Shown: in pieces, positions 50,787 to 64,000 of the stretch
Layout: each line of letters begins with the position of its first letter
Numbering within the stretch: position 1 is the stretch's first letter
Source: Felis catus
Lineage: Eukaryota
DNA length: 64,000 nt
Assembly (NCBI RefSeq): GCF_018350175.1
Contig: NC_058368.1
Location: forward strand, 11,904,001-11,968,000
Direction: 5' to 3'
Notes under the pieces: model-generated
What the model was told of the DNA's origin: nothing
Seen by the model: only the letters and a program-made list of their open reading frames with translations
The model's database searches: none
Translations under genes and position numbers: made by a program

Positions 50787-52216
50787 GTATGTGTCTATTA
50801 AAGTACCATGTGTTAGCATAGAATATAGGAATAGAGTTGGTAAATACTTGGTCAGCTCCATATAGCACTTGCTGTTACTTATAATTCTAAGTATTTATTT
50901 ACTTTTCTTGAGCAGTTTGTAACGTTGGTTCACCTACCACCTTGGGTAATGAGAGAACTTCCTTTATGGAATCCTGAAACTAAGTGAGAATGACAGATGT
51001 AGCCTAGTGAAAATGTAAATGTCAAGTTTATAACAATGTGGAGAAGAACAAGTAGCATTCTGATAAATTGACCCTTGAAGCATTTAAGCTGTACCTTGAT
51101 TTTAGACCACTGTTATATGTTAAATAGACTATGGCTAATGTTTCATAACTTTTTCTTTGAGTTTCATAGTAGTTTTACAAGTTAGTCATCTAGAATAAAA
51201 TCATGTCTTTGAAATTTACGAAATTGGTAACCTAGATTTCTTTTACAAAGGTCAGAATGTGATTCTTCCTGAGATAATTTTTTCTTAAGAATGGCTTTGT
51301 CGGTTAGCACATCTTCAGTGTTTCTTTTTGGAAGAAATACAGTTAACACATTGAAGTAAACTGTTCTCCTAATGATACACCAGTGCTGAATCTTTGGATC
51401 AACACAGTTAGCCATCTCTGAGAAACCTGTGTTGTGAGATCAAGTCCCAGAGTTGACCCCTGCCCCTCTGTCCTTTTTAACATAATCAGCACTTTTGTCT
51501 GCACCAGGGTTCATTTATGTACCAGATATTCACAGAAAAATATCTGAACTGTGGTCTCAAACTTGTTGGGCTTGTTTCTTACAGCTTTGTTTGTTTGTTT
51601 TGGATGTAAAAATAAGACAAGAGTCCATAGTGATTAATGTCTTCAAAAAAAAACCCAAAAAAACCATAAATTAATTGAATTAAAATCCTGTTCTGTTTAT
51701 ATTCATCTTAATACTGATCTTTTTAGAACTGAAGTTTTACACTTTCATTAGTACTTGCCAGTAAATGGTAATATGTCTGAATTCCATATATTCCTATGTA
51801 TTTGATAATTGTTAGGCTCTACATTCAGTAACTGTTTTCCCAGAAAGACAACTGTAAGCCTAAGTTTAAAATGTTTTCTTTTACCACGGAAACGTAAGTG
51901 AAAAGATAGTTGCAATTGTTTTTCTTGCTGTCGACATTGCTTTCTGTTCATTTCTCTTTAAAATTATTAAATAGTAAAGTAAAATAGTTTTTTCTCTTGC
52001 TATTATGGGAAAGGCTATTTATGGGCATTCAAATATTACATAAGGTCTAAATATGTGATGCTGAGGCAGAAAGTTTTAAAATAGGAGAAAGGTTTGAAGT
52101 GAAGAAAGGCAAAGAAAATCAGGAACAACTAAGAATAGTGATTTGTTAAAAAAAATAATATTAATTACTGCCAAGTCTGGTATCTTAATTAAGCATCTGG
52201 TAATTTTTCTTTTAAG

Positions 52217-52252
52217 GTACGGCGGCGAAGTTCTAAAAGAGAAAGGCGATGA
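52217..52252 (+). CDS. PDS5B: PDS5B last coding exon (~35), VRRRSSKRERR*
   Basis: ttttaag acceptor; TGA at 52250-52252; matches the PDS5B C-terminus. Confidence 0.95.
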   Translation, partial: VRRRSSKRERR

Positions 52253-53126
52253 ACAAATGTAATTAGTAACTTTCTGTGTGAAAGCTTTGAAAAGAAGCAT
52301 TTTTTTTGGTCAAGCTTGAGGCTAAGTAAAGCCTTTGATGCACAAAGCGGGACTGCTGGAGAGTGGACAGTTGGACCTTACTTTGATGACCTCATGTATT
52401 TGTGGTCACAGCGCTTTAGCCATACGCGTGGTGATAACATTGACTCTGGAGTCCTGTGAAAGTGTGATGTGCGATGGCTATGTAGACATAAACTAAAGAA
52501 GAAACTTGTAAATATGTTTTTTTCTTTTACTTTTTCTTTTCTTTTTCTTTTTCTTTTTTTTGTTTTTTGTTTTTTTAATGTTTCTGACTTCTAAAGTGCT
52601 TGTATAGCTTTTATCTGCGGCTTTAAACTGACAGTCCCAACTGTTTATTGGATCTATTGATTTGGAAAGAGTTTGTTAGGATAGATCTTAAGCAGTGATC
52701 TGTCAGTGTTTGTATTTGTATTCTCTGCAATTTTACTGTGAAAAAAATTTTTTCAACAAATGGTGTCATTTTCTTGATGTCATTGTTTGTTGGAGAGGTA
52801 AATGGTCTCTTTCCCTTGTGTATCTTACCTAGTGTTTACTCCTAGGCACCCTTAATCTTCAGAGGTGCTAAATGGTCTGCCATTACACCTGCATGATGCC
52901 TCCAGCGGGAGGACACCACGCAGATTGTGAAATAGTCCCGAAGTTTGATTATTTTACACCTCAGTATTGGTCTCAGAATTTTCTGGCCTTTCATGGCAAT
53001 GAAAATTTTAAGAAAAGAGAGATTTAAAATATTTTAATTTTAAAGAGTGTGTTATAAAATAATGTACTGAATTCTTTATCCCATTTTATCATCATCCCTT
53101 TTCAGTTTTTATTAATCTACTGTATC

Positions 53127-53132
53127 AATAAA
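53127..53132 (+). terminator. candidate proximal polyadenylation signal AATAAA
   Basis: AATAAA with TGTA just upstream and U/GU-rich sequence downstream. Confidence 0.55.
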
Positions 53133-55227
53133 ATTCTGTAATTTGAATTAGTTTTTAATAGTCTAGAATGTTATTGTGTATAGATATTTCCTCTTGAACA
53201 TTATGTTCAGAAATACAGATTATTACACTATAATATTAAATCCGATATATACACATAGAAAGTTCCAGTTCTCCATAACAGTGTAAAGTTAATCAGAAAG
53301 AAAAAAATTTTATTGATGCAGTGTCTTTATAAAGCTGTTCTTGAAAGCAAGTGTTTTGTATTTTATAGTGAGTTGCATGTTTATGAAAAAAGTGCTGAAA
53401 ATGGGATGTGCTCTTTTCTGTAAAATCATATTTAGCCATAGTATATGATAGATTGCCCCATAACATAGTTTTTCATCAAGAGTTTATTATTGTACTTTAT
53501 TTTGGAGCCAAAAAAGTTCTTTTGGGGGGGGGCAGGGTGGGAATGGTATATCCAACTATATGACCTACTGTAGGTATCACAATCTTAAAAATTTTGAATG
53601 AAATTCCACTTTGTCTAGATTGGGAGAAGTGGAGATTTATTTGGTTTTAGAGCAGATCTTTTCTTTTCTTCATTGTAATCTGCAAAATATAGAAACAAAT
53701 TAGTTACATCAGAATCCTTTATACAGTTTTATAAACTGTATTTTGAACCAAAACATAAAAGTTACTACTTAATGCTTGCCTAAATTCATTTTAGTATTTC
53801 AGGTGCTGTTCTTTTGTTTTTTTCACAGTTAACATCAGAAAAAAAAATCATATCCTAACTTATTAAATGTATCACATTGAATAATGGAGCATTTTCATAT
53901 AATACACCATTATGTTGAAGGTATATTTCCAAGATTGGTTATAATAGAGGGGGGATATAATAAAGAAACTACTATTTTGGAAAATGACATTTTACTATTT
54001 TCCAGTGTATATCACAATTGATGTGATTATTTTTCTTTTAAAGATTTCTTCATGTTTATGAAACGGCCTTTTATTTTTTAAAAAATGTTTTGAATTGTGT
54101 CTTAATCTCTCAATATTTAACTATTTTTCATTTCCAACAGTACTGACACCAGTGATTACGGGAGGCTGCTGTATACAAGGCAGCTAATGTCGGACCAAGA
54201 TACATTGGTTTTTAACCGTTTCATGAACTCAGTTCTCCCAAACACGCTATTTGTATCTCAGCAGTACAAAGGCATGTTTTTAAATCTATAAAATAAAGAA
54301 TAAGGGATAGCTTTGTATTTTTGTCGTTGACTAAATTGCACCGGAAATGTTTATGGAAGTATATCTTTAAGACCATTTTATAAAACATAATGAAAAAATG
54401 ATTGTGGAAGATTTTTATTTGCATGATCATAGTTAACCAAATTTCATTGCACAACTAATTCTGTACATCAGTTCACAAAAAATGTTCATTGTAGATTTTG
54501 TTTAATGCCAATAAGTCTGTGATTTTACAACTTGTCTGTTCACTTTTTGGGAAGATTATGATGTAAATTTTCCATTTTTCTGTAGAAAAATAGGTGCAAT
54601 AACGATCAAAGTTTTGATGTCCTGAGTCTTCATCTTAGGGGATTATCTTATTATGTTTGAACTTAACATTTCACGTACTGACATTTGGAGAGCCACATAC
54701 TATAACTAAAGTAAAATTACGTATGTATACCACAGTAATTGCTAACGATAGTTAGCAAACTCTTCAGTCGTAATGTTCATTTTGAAAATATGTACTGTAT
54801 AAAATTGAGAAAATATTTAACTCACTGTAACAACTTCCATTATGAAAATCTTACGATTTTTCGGTGAGGTTATCTTGCTGCACTCTGTAGCAAGTTCATT
54901 TAATCTACATTATAATATGATTTCTTGCTGCAGTGCAACAGGAAGCTTTTGTTTTCAGTGATCTCCACTGTATATGTAAATTACAAATGTGGCTGTAAAA
55001 CTTGTTCCAGGTATTAAAGGTTAAATTACTTTCTGTATCTTCTTACAGCTTGTAAGTTTGATTTTTAAGATCTCCTTTTGCCCATGTGAAGAATGTCAGG
55101 AATTTAAGAATTTGTTTAACCTGGACATATCTCCCCTACCATATAGTATTATGTCACCATCACGAACAATTGGTATTTAGATAGATAACCAATATCAGAC
55201 ACATTTTTTGGATTTTCTGTGAAGTTG

Positions 55228-55233
55228 AATAAA
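55228..55233 (+). terminator. candidate distal polyadenylation signal AATAAA
   Basis: AATAAA followed about 20-40 nt later by U-rich sequence, near the end of the repeat-free UTR. Confidence 0.6.
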
Positions 55234-55729
55234 CATGAAAGTTAATATGTAATTGTATTATTTTATTTATGTTAATCAGTATATATACTTACATGTGTTT
55301 ACTAAATGAAGAAAGGCACATTTTGATGATTTTTTATTTTGGAGACTTTTGTTGCATGGAAAGGAAATCTATTTCCCAGTAACATTTTTTCAAGCTTTTT
55401 GTTTAAACTTCTCATTTAAAATTTTGGCTAACAGAGATTACTAAGTACTATTTAAGTTAAAGGATTGCATAACTGAAGAAAATAAATGTATCATATAAAC
55501 TTTAAAAGTAAGCACTGAGAATGTGAGTTGCTAGTGGCAGTTTTATGCATTTGTTCAGCAAATACTTATTGAATGCTTACTATGTGTTAGGTTAGTGTGA
55601 TTCTCCCCAGCCAGGGGAGGGGAAGGGAGATAAGGAAACAATACTTAAATATATAATGTCAGATTATGAAAAGTGTGGTGAATAGAAAAGGAAAAACCAG
55701 ATGGACAATAGAAATGATTGGAGGTGAAG

Positions 55730-57700
55730 CTATTTTATATTTGGAGCTATGTTATTCAGTACATAAAATGTAGGTTTATTATGCCTTTATGATGAAGTTA
55801 TACTTTTAGAATTGTCAAATGTCACTCGATATGTGTACAAATACTCCATGCCTACTTTGTCTCGTATGAGTATAGCCATTCCGGTTTTGTTTGCGTGACA
55901 AAGCTTTTTCTATCCTTTTATTTTCACCCTATTTATATATATCTTTAAGTTTAAAGTGTGTGTTGTGTAAACATTTTAATTCTTTGGCCTTGTTCTTTTA
56001 TTCAGTTATAGGATCTTTGTCCTTTAGAGTGTTTAGACTATTTACTCTTGGTATAACTACCGATGCGTAGTAGGCTTTAAGTTTAAAAGCTTACTGTCTT
56101 TTTTGCCAATCTTTTCCTTATTTATTTGCTCCTTTTCCTACCTTCTTTTGGCTCAGTAAAGTACTGTTGACCTTTGAGCAAGTGGGGATTAGGAATGCCA
56201 ATCCCCCCACGGTTGAACATCCACATAAAACTTTTGAGTCCCCCAAAACTTAACTACTGATAGCCTAATGCCGATCAAAAAGCCTTACCAGTAACACAGT
56301 TGATTAACACATATTTTGTATGTTGTATGTATTATATACTGTATTCTTACAATAAAGTAAGCTAGAGAAAGGAAATTATTATTAAAATCATAAGGAAGAG
56401 AAAACACTTGCACAGTATTGTAATGTATCAAAAAACAATCCAGTTCAAACTCATGTTGTTCAAAGGTCAACCGTACTTAATGCGCTTCCGTGCCTTCTGT
56501 TGGCTTTTTCGTTATACCTGATTATATTATTCTTCTGTGGTTACCCTACAGATTACGTTATCTGTGTTTGGCTTATTATAGTCTGTGTTTTATTAATGCT
56601 TTTACTACCTTCTGGACAGTTAAAGAACTTTAAAATGGTTCAACTCCATTTGCTGCTTCCCTCCCCTTTGTGGTATGGTTTTTATGTTTTGTAGTTATGA
56701 ATGCCAACGTATCATTACTTTAGGTAGTCGGTGTTCTTATTTACGTATACATTTTCTCCCCTCTTTGCTACCTTTTTTTTTAATCTAGTTTTGTGCTTTC
56801 ATCTTAATTCCTTTTCCTTCAGCCTGAGAAGCTTCTTTTAGTATTGCCTACAGTGCGGGTTTTGTGGCAGTTAATTCAGTCAGCATTTGTTTGAAAGGTC
56901 TTTATCAGACCTTCATTTCTGAAGAGTGTTTTCTTTGGATACAGAATTCTAGATTAGCAGTTTTATTTATTTGGCAGTTTAAAACTTCACATTCCATTTT
57001 CCTCTAGTTTTCATATGTTCTGTTGCAAAGGCAGCTGAAAACCTTTTCATTACTTGTAGGTCATGTGTCTTTTTTTCCTGGCTCTTAGAATTTCCTCTTT
57101 ATCTCTGTTCTCAGCAGTTTGGCTATGGTGCACCTACTTACGGTTTTCGTTTTTTTCATTTTGCTTAGGGTTTACTGAGCTATGGAATCTGCAGGTTGAT
57201 GTAGTCTATGAGTTGTGAAAAATCCTTGGTCATTATCCCTTCACTTGTTCTACTCTTACTGCTTCTCTTTCTGACACTCCAGTTATAAATATGTTGTACT
57301 GTTTGTGTCTTGTGTGCTCTGTATTTCCTTCGGTATTCCTTCTATTCTTGTTTTCTCTTTGTGCTTCAGTTTGGATATTTTCTATTGGCGCATCTTCAGA
57401 TTTACCAATCTCTTCTGCCTTGTGCAGTCTCCCATTTAACCCACCTAATTAGTTAATTTCAAAAACTGTATTTTTTAGTTTTAGAACAATTAATTATATT
57501 TTATGGATTTAATTTCTGAAAGTGTTTTTTTCTTTTTAAAATTGCTGGCAGAGATTTGAATTATGTGACTACAATATCTGAATCATCTGTGGATCTTAGT
57601 CTGTTACCTAATTTTTCTTTCTTAATTATTAGTCACATTTTTCCTGATCATATTTCTTTCTCCCTCTATCTAGGGCTTTTATGCAGGACAATGTGTATAA
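55730..57700 (-). mobile_element. old LINE-1 fragment interrupted by a Tigger element
   Basis: L1 antisense motifs (gtgtttagactatttac, tacagaattctagattagcag). Confidence 0.55.
56164..56473. mobile_element. Tigger2a-like non-autonomous DNA transposon
   Basis: TA-ctgttgacctttgagcaa ... ttgttcaaaggtcaaccg-TA inverted termini. Confidence 0.75.
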
Positions 57701-58335
57701 AAGAACTGAAGGATTGAAGTTGATTTGATTTCCACCCCCCGTCTCTGCCCCAGGAGAAGATTTACCTTACTTTCTGCTAGGATTGTAGGGATTGATCACT
57801 TCAACCTGTGGAGTTGGTCTTGGGGTACAGCTTTAATTAGACTAGTCCACTTTTTTCAAAAGTCTTGAGGGTTAGACTTATGTGACAGGCCTTTACCTTT
57901 AGCACAGCAAGACTACAGGTTTCATTCAGCCTTTCCAGCCCAGCTGAGAAGTAGGAACACTGTTTTACATAGGATAGTCAAAGGAACTTCTTTGAAAAGA
58001 TGACATCTGAGCATGGACTTCTGTTAAGTGAGAGATAAGCCCTATGAACACCTAGGAAAAAAATATTACAGGCTGAAGGAAGAATAAGCACAGAAGTCCT
58101 TAGGGAAGAATGGACTTTTAGTATATCAGGGATTTCAAGAAGGCCAATGTTTCTGGAGTGAAAGTGACCATGGATATAAGGGTAGGAGGGAAAGTCAGAA
58201 GATAGTGAAGAGTCGGATCATAACTGTATGTCTCTCAGGAGTTGTGTTTACAGTTTGAAGGGAGTCCATTGTGGGATTTTGAGTAATAGAGTGGCACAAT
58301 CTGGGCTTTTTCTTTGTTGTTAATTAAAAAAAACA

Positions 58336-58667
58336 TAGTTGACCCATCAACAATGCAAGGTTAGGGGTGCTGGCACCCTCCCTATCCCGGAGAAAGTTGA
58401 AAACTTGTATATAACTCTTGAGCGCCCCCCCCCCCCGGAATTTAACTACTGATGGCCTTATTGTTGACTGAAAGCCTTACTGATAACAGTCGATTAACGC
58501 ATATTTTATATGTTACGTATATTATATACTGTATTCTTACTATAAGTACGAAAAAATATTAAGAAAATCAAGAGAAAATACATTTATAGTACTGAGTGTA
58601 TAGGGAAAAAAACCCATGTATAAGTGGACCTGCACAGTTGAAACCTGTGTCATTCAAAGGTCAACTG
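58336..58667. mobile_element. Tigger2a-like non-autonomous DNA transposon (second copy)
   Basis: tagttgacccatcaacaa ... ttcaaaggtcaactg-TA; shares internal sequence with 56164..56473. Confidence 0.75.
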
Positions 58668-60882
58668 TACTTTCAACTCCACATGTCCAAAGAACTGAGC
58701 ACCTAACCTTCCCTTCCCAAATCTGGGCATCTTCATATATCTGAAAATAGAACTAGCATTCAACTAGTAATACAAATCAGAAATCTAAAAATTGCCTCTG
58801 GCTTTCCCTCTCTCTAACCCTGTCATCTAATCCAGTTGAATTTATCTCCTGATTATCCCTGGAATTTTTCTTTTTACACCGATGCGGTCTGTCTTAAGTT
58901 CTTACCATTTCTTCGCCTCCAGACTGATACGCTCACACTTACTCTTGCGTCACCTCAAATTCATTTTCACCGTGTAGCCAGACTGTTGAAATTGAGTGAT
59001 CCCATCTACCCCAGTGGCAGCAGTAACAATGGTAAACAATAGAAACTCTCCAACCCTTTAACCATTTACCATTGCCTTTAGGATGATGTGCCCCACAAAG
59101 CTCTGCATCCTTGGTCGCTGCCCTCTAGCCAGTCTTTGTAGTCTATGCCAGCTACACCATTCTCTCAGTCCCTTGCACTTAGTTGCCAGAGGTGCAAGAT
59201 ATTAGGGTGTGTATAAAGCTATGTAGACTTTGAAAAGATAAAGCATATTCTGTTGTCTTCCTGGAGCACTTTTCCTTCTGCTGCTGCATCTAGCTTCCTA
59301 CTCACACTCCCAAGTGAGAATTTTCCCTAAGGCAGCCTTCTCGAGTTCTGTGAGCAGAGCAAAACCCTCTATCATGTGCCCCCTTAGCTTACCTCTCTGT
59401 AGCACTTCGCACAGTTGGCATCTGGATTATTTGATTAATGCCTGTCCCAGTGCCCCAGAATGCTCCACTACATGGAGACAGAGATGACACATATTTTTGT
59501 TGACTAGTTTATCTCTAGTGCTCAGCACATTGCCTGGTACACAAAGTGAGCACTTAAAAAAAGTTTGTTGAATAAATTAACTTTGCATTAGTAAAATTTA
59601 CATAAATTAGAAAGTTTGTTTAAGACCAAGGAACTTGATAATTTATTGTGTCAGATACCTTATTAAAAGCTTTCCATAAATTATCATCCCACACAGTCCT
59701 CACTGCAGCTCTGTGTGTTGGTTGATGGTATGCCCTTTAACAGATGAGGGAACTGAGGATCAGAAATTGTGGTTTACCCAAGATTTCTCCTCTCTAAAGT
59801 GGTGACCGAAGATTCGATCACATCTGTTTAACTCCAAAGCCACCCTTTCTGTACTACATCAAATATTAATTATCAAATCAATGTTGACTAAATACTAATA
59901 AATTTTAAAGTAGTGATAATGTAATTCTTCAGTTGTGTTGGGATTTCCTAGTCAAGAGGACGAATGTAATATTGGCCACCTTTTGCTGGATAGTCTGCTA
60001 CCCGTTTGCCTATATTATCTCCCATTAGAAGAAATGTGTATAATCAACATTTTACAAATAAACCCCAGACTTGCCCAAAGTTCCCAGAGTAGAGCTATTC
60101 AGAGTTGATGGTCTTAATATTTACACTATGATGGGTTTGGACGAGAATTCAAACTACTTACTTAAAACAGCTTTCTGTTTATTGAAAGCATATAAAATGC
60201 TTCACACCGAGATCTTAGAAAGTGATGGATAAAAATGTCAATTTCATTTATTGTTCATAATCTACATTCTTGAGCTAATGAGTTTATCTGGGTTCACTAT
60301 ATAATCTTCTGCATTATGGCCCTTGGGTGCTTGTAGTTTTGTATAAAAATCTTGGGGGAAAAATTCCTGGAGAGATGATAATACTGTTAACTGTGAACAT
60401 GTTATAAATGACGTGTGAATGTTTATGAGTTGGGTGCCTACCAGACCTGTTCAATTAGGAACTGAGAGACCCATTTGGCTGAGGTGGAGAACTTTCTGAG
60501 TTGTGCTTGGGTAGTGGGGAGATGCTTTCTTTGCACAAGCAGTTTGAGAGAACATTTTGTAGGGCTTTGAATTCGAAAGCCAGCTAAGGAAGCTACTGAT
60601 GACTTTCGAGCAAGAGAATGAAGCATATAAAACATATTAAGACTTTTAACATCACAGCTTTAAAAGAGGGTGTAATACAGTTAAGGGACTATAAATAGAG
60701 GGTCCGGTAAGTTAACTATAGAATACATTAGTAGTTTGCCCTGATGAAGCAATTGTCTTCAACACTGAAGCCATTCATAACTAGAAATTGTTAGAATGAG
60801 TTCTAGAGTTCCATTGTTCAGATAGGCAGACAACATTCAACATTAAGTTAAATATTTTTGTTTTGATTTAAAAATTCACATA

Positions 60883-61084
60883 GGGGGTGCCACTGGGTGG
60901 CTCAGTTCGTTAAGCATCTGACTTCTGACTTTGGCTCAGGTCATGAACTCATGGCTTGTGGGATCAAGCCCCACTTCAGGCTCTGTGCTGACAGTGCAGA
61001 GCCTGCTTAGGATTCTGTCCTCTCTCTCTGCTCCTCTCCCACTCGCGTGTGCTCTCTCTCTCAAAATAAATAAACGTTTAAAAC
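60883..61084 (+). mobile_element. CAN-SINE
   Basis: Consensus body and tail. Confidence 0.9.
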
Positions 61085-61557
61085 AAACCCCTGTACTCAT
61101 TAAAAAAACCAATTCACACAGGGACTTCCAAAATACTTTCCCATCGAAAGGAGGTAGAAACAACAGGACATTCAGCACAAAATATGAAAATCACTCTTTA
61201 GTTTACTAGATCAGGATTTCAGTCTGTCACACTTTCTCACTTATATATACCTATTATCTTTTGTTTTTATGTAAGTGGGATCATACTGTACCTTTTTACA
61301 ACTTTTTCTCTACTTAATGTTCTTATAAGGCTATCAGCACATACAGGTTTATCTCACCCTTTGAACAACTGCATAATACCCATTCTATGGGTATGCCATG
61401 ATTTATTTAATTACTGTTGTTTTGGGCATTTGGGTTATTTACACTTTTCCCTATTACAAATAATTCAGTAAATGTATACTCTCTGTATACGTCTTTGTGC
61501 CACGGGGCCAGGTTTCTTGTAAGAAATAGACTCCTATGCAGAGAAGTGTTGTGTTCC

Positions 61558-61771
61558 TTTAATTTTTTTTTTTTAAAGTTTATTAGTTTTGAGAGAGCAA
61601 GCAAGTGGTGGAGGGACAGAGAGAGAGGGAGACGGGGGATCTGAAGCAGGCTCTGCGCTGACAGCACAGAGCCCAACGCGGGGCTTAAACTCAGGAACCG
61701 TGAGATCATGACCTGACCTGAGCCGAGATGCAGAGTTGGATGCTTAACTGACTGAGCCACCCGGGCGCCCC
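61558..61771 (-). mobile_element. CAN-SINE
   Basis: Consensus body; gtg(t/c)tcctttaa flanking duplication. Confidence 0.92.
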
Positions 61772-62109
61772 TGTGGTGCTCCTTTAAATGATAAATTCTG
61801 CCCAATTGCTTTCTGAAAAGTGTACCCAATAATGCTTTAAAATTTTTTCTCATTCCAGTGGTTACAAAATTGTTTTGTTTTCATTTCTCTGATTACAAAC
61901 AAAACTGCACTGTGGCATATGTTTTCATTTCAGTTATTTCTGTCCTATGAATTACTTGTTGATGTTCTTTGCCCATTTTTCTACTTTTTTTTTTTTTTAT
62001 TATCATTGTTATCTCTGGGTAAAAAGGGAGGAGGTACGGATGGGTTATGGATTATAGCCACACTGTTACATTTCCTTACAAAAAGGTACTGCTATTTGGG
62101 GCTAGCATA

Positions 62110-62573
62110 CAGTAGTCCCCCCCCCCCCCCCCTTACCTGTTTTGCTTTCTGCGGTTTCATCTGTCTATGGTCACCTGCAGTGCAGAAGCAGGTAATCCTC
62201 CTTCTGAGGGATTGTCACACGGTCAATAGAAGCCTAGTGCTGTCACAGTGTCTGCGTCATTCACTTTACTTCATTCTCCTCACAGAAGCATTTTGTTATC
62301 TCACATCATCCTAACCAGAAGAGTGAATGCAGTACAATAAGGTATTTTGAGAGACTACATTCACATAGTTTTTATCACCATATATTATAATCGTTCTGTT
62401 TTATCGGTATTGTTAATCTCTTTTGTGCCTAATTTATAAATTAAGCTTTATCATAGATATGTATGTATGGGGAAAATACATAATGTATTTTCTAGGGTTC
62501 GGTCCTATCCATGGTTTCAGGCATCCACTGGGGTCTTAGAATGTACCCCCCTGTGGATATGGGAGGACTGCTA
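62110..62573. mobile_element. MER44/Tigger7-family non-autonomous DNA transposon
   Basis: TA-cagtagtcccc...ggtttcaggcatccactggggtctt...ggatatgggaggactgct termini. Confidence 0.7.
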
Positions 62574-63959
62574 CGTGTGCTGGAAGTGGGCTTACCATCT
62601 GTCTTTACATATTTTCGCATTAGTCTCTTGCTTATTAAATATATGGAAGATACCTTCTAGTGAGTCACCTATCTTTAAGCATTTTAAAATGGTATTTTCT
62701 GTCATATGATACAGAGGTTTTTCCTTTTTGCGAGCACAAATCTGTCGGTATTTTTCATTATGTCTTCTGGGATTTGTGCTTACTACAAGATTGTGATAAT
62801 ACTTTCCTGTTTTCTTCTAATACTTACAGGTTGTTTGTTTTTGTTGTTTACGTTATTTAACCCACCTGGGGACTATTTTTGTATCTTGCATATGATTGTG
62901 GTATAACTTAATTTTCTCTTGAGTGTAGTTACTTCTCTTAACACAGTTTATTGTATAGTTTCTCTTACCTCTACTAGTTTGAAATGCCACAGGTAACATG
63001 AACTAAATCTCTATCCACCTGCATCTGTTTTTAGTCATATTTGATTGATTTCTGTCTATGCCTATAACCAACATCTAGTGTAATTACTATACCTATGTGT
63101 TTTTATATTTGGTCTGAAAAATTTCCCTAAGTTTTAATTTTAACACGTCTTAGTATTCCTGGCTATTCTTGTTGTTTTCTTATTCAAAATACCAACATCT
63201 TTACAATAATACTGAGTCTGCTCACTGAGAGATTTTTTTAAAAGGCCTTCCCTTCAAGCAGTTTTGTTATTTTCTCCATAAGAATAGGCTTTGCATCTTT
63301 AAATATATATATATTTTATGGATTTTAGTATCATTGCAAACATTGTTATTGTTATTCCTTTATTTTTTAATTGGTTATGCCTGCTGAGTTAATGTTTTCA
63401 GTCACTTTACTGAACTTCTCTATTGCTGTAACAGTTTTCCAGTTAATTCTCTTGGATTTATTAGATAGATAACACTCTCTCCAAATAGTTCTGCCAGTAT
63501 TACTCCAAATTGTTGTGATACATGTATGTCATGTTTTTCTGGTCTAATTGTGTTGGTTGACACCTTTAGAGCATTGTTAAATAGAAAGCCTCTTGCCTTT
63601 TTCCAGTTTAAGAAAGTTTCTATTTCTGTTTAATCAGGGATATTAAAAAATAAAATTTGCAGTGTGTGTTGAATTCCATGTTTGCATAACAGTTTATGGG
63701 GTTTTTAAATGTAATTATTAATGTAATGAATTATATATACAGTCATCCTTGCTTTGGTAGGATTAACCCAGCTCGGCTTGGTCATGATAGATTCAGTGTG
63801 CTAACATTTTTCTTAATATCCTTATTTCCATGTTGAGTAATAAGGTTAGTTTATAATCTTCTTTGTTGTGTTGAAACTTTTTTGAGTATTGGTATAAGGG
63901 GTTTTGCTGACCTTCTAGAATTAGTTGAAAAGCTGACTATATTTTTCTTTTAAAAAAAA

Positions 63960-64000
63960 ATTTTTTTTTAACATTTATTTTTGAGACAGAGAGAGAGCAT
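63960..64000 (-). mobile_element. CAN-SINE tail, cut by the window edge
   Basis: poly(T) followed by catttatttttgagacagagagagagc. Confidence 0.75.

Larger units (their letters stand above)
52253..55250 (+). other. PDS5B: PDS5B 3' UTR (approximate end)
   Basis: AT-rich stretch after the stop with no recognisable interspersed repeats; ends near AATAAA at 55228; repeats resume at about 55540. Confidence 0.75.

Noticed and set aside
56164..58667. Two similar Tigger2a-like elements 2 kb apart read as a composite transposon or segmental duplication
   Set aside because: Each has its own TIRs and different flanks (L1 versus L2-like), and they are clearly diverged; independent insertions are simpler
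62117..62132. C16 run (and a C-run near 58425) as a G-quadruplex element
   Set aside because: Slippage expansion of C-tracts inside transposon relics; no other support
55300..64000. Possible downstream gene
   Set aside because: Only repeats and AT-rich spacer; no CpG island, credible exon or recognisable peptide

Overview
Mammalian genomic DNA from a cat-like (feliform) carnivore, judged from the CAN-SINE/SINEC_Fc-type repeats. The window holds the 3' half of PDS5B (cohesin-associated factor B, APRIN/AS3) on the + strand. There are 16 coding exons, matching human exons 20-35 as I recall them. All have GT-AG junctions and phases that join into one open frame ending ...VRRRSSKRERR* at 52252. 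A 3' UTR of about 3 kb follows, then about 9 kb of repeat-rich intergenic DNA. The introns are filled with CAN-SINEs, L1, L2 and MIR fragments, a near full-length Tigger1, and other Tc1/mariner-Tigger and MaLR relics. Nearly all ORFs in the supplied track are repeat-derived or spurious. I see no new gene or clearly new biological system. The most interesting unexplained features lie in intron 33: a perfect hairpin that buries a cryptic 3' splice site, and a 13-nt candidate micro-exon that shares the same strong donor. The micro-exon would give the same truncated C-terminus (..KKNV*) as intron read-through. There is also a decayed partial duplicate of exon 23 with a destroyed acceptor. Exon numbers and repeat family names come from memory of consensus sequences, not from a database search.
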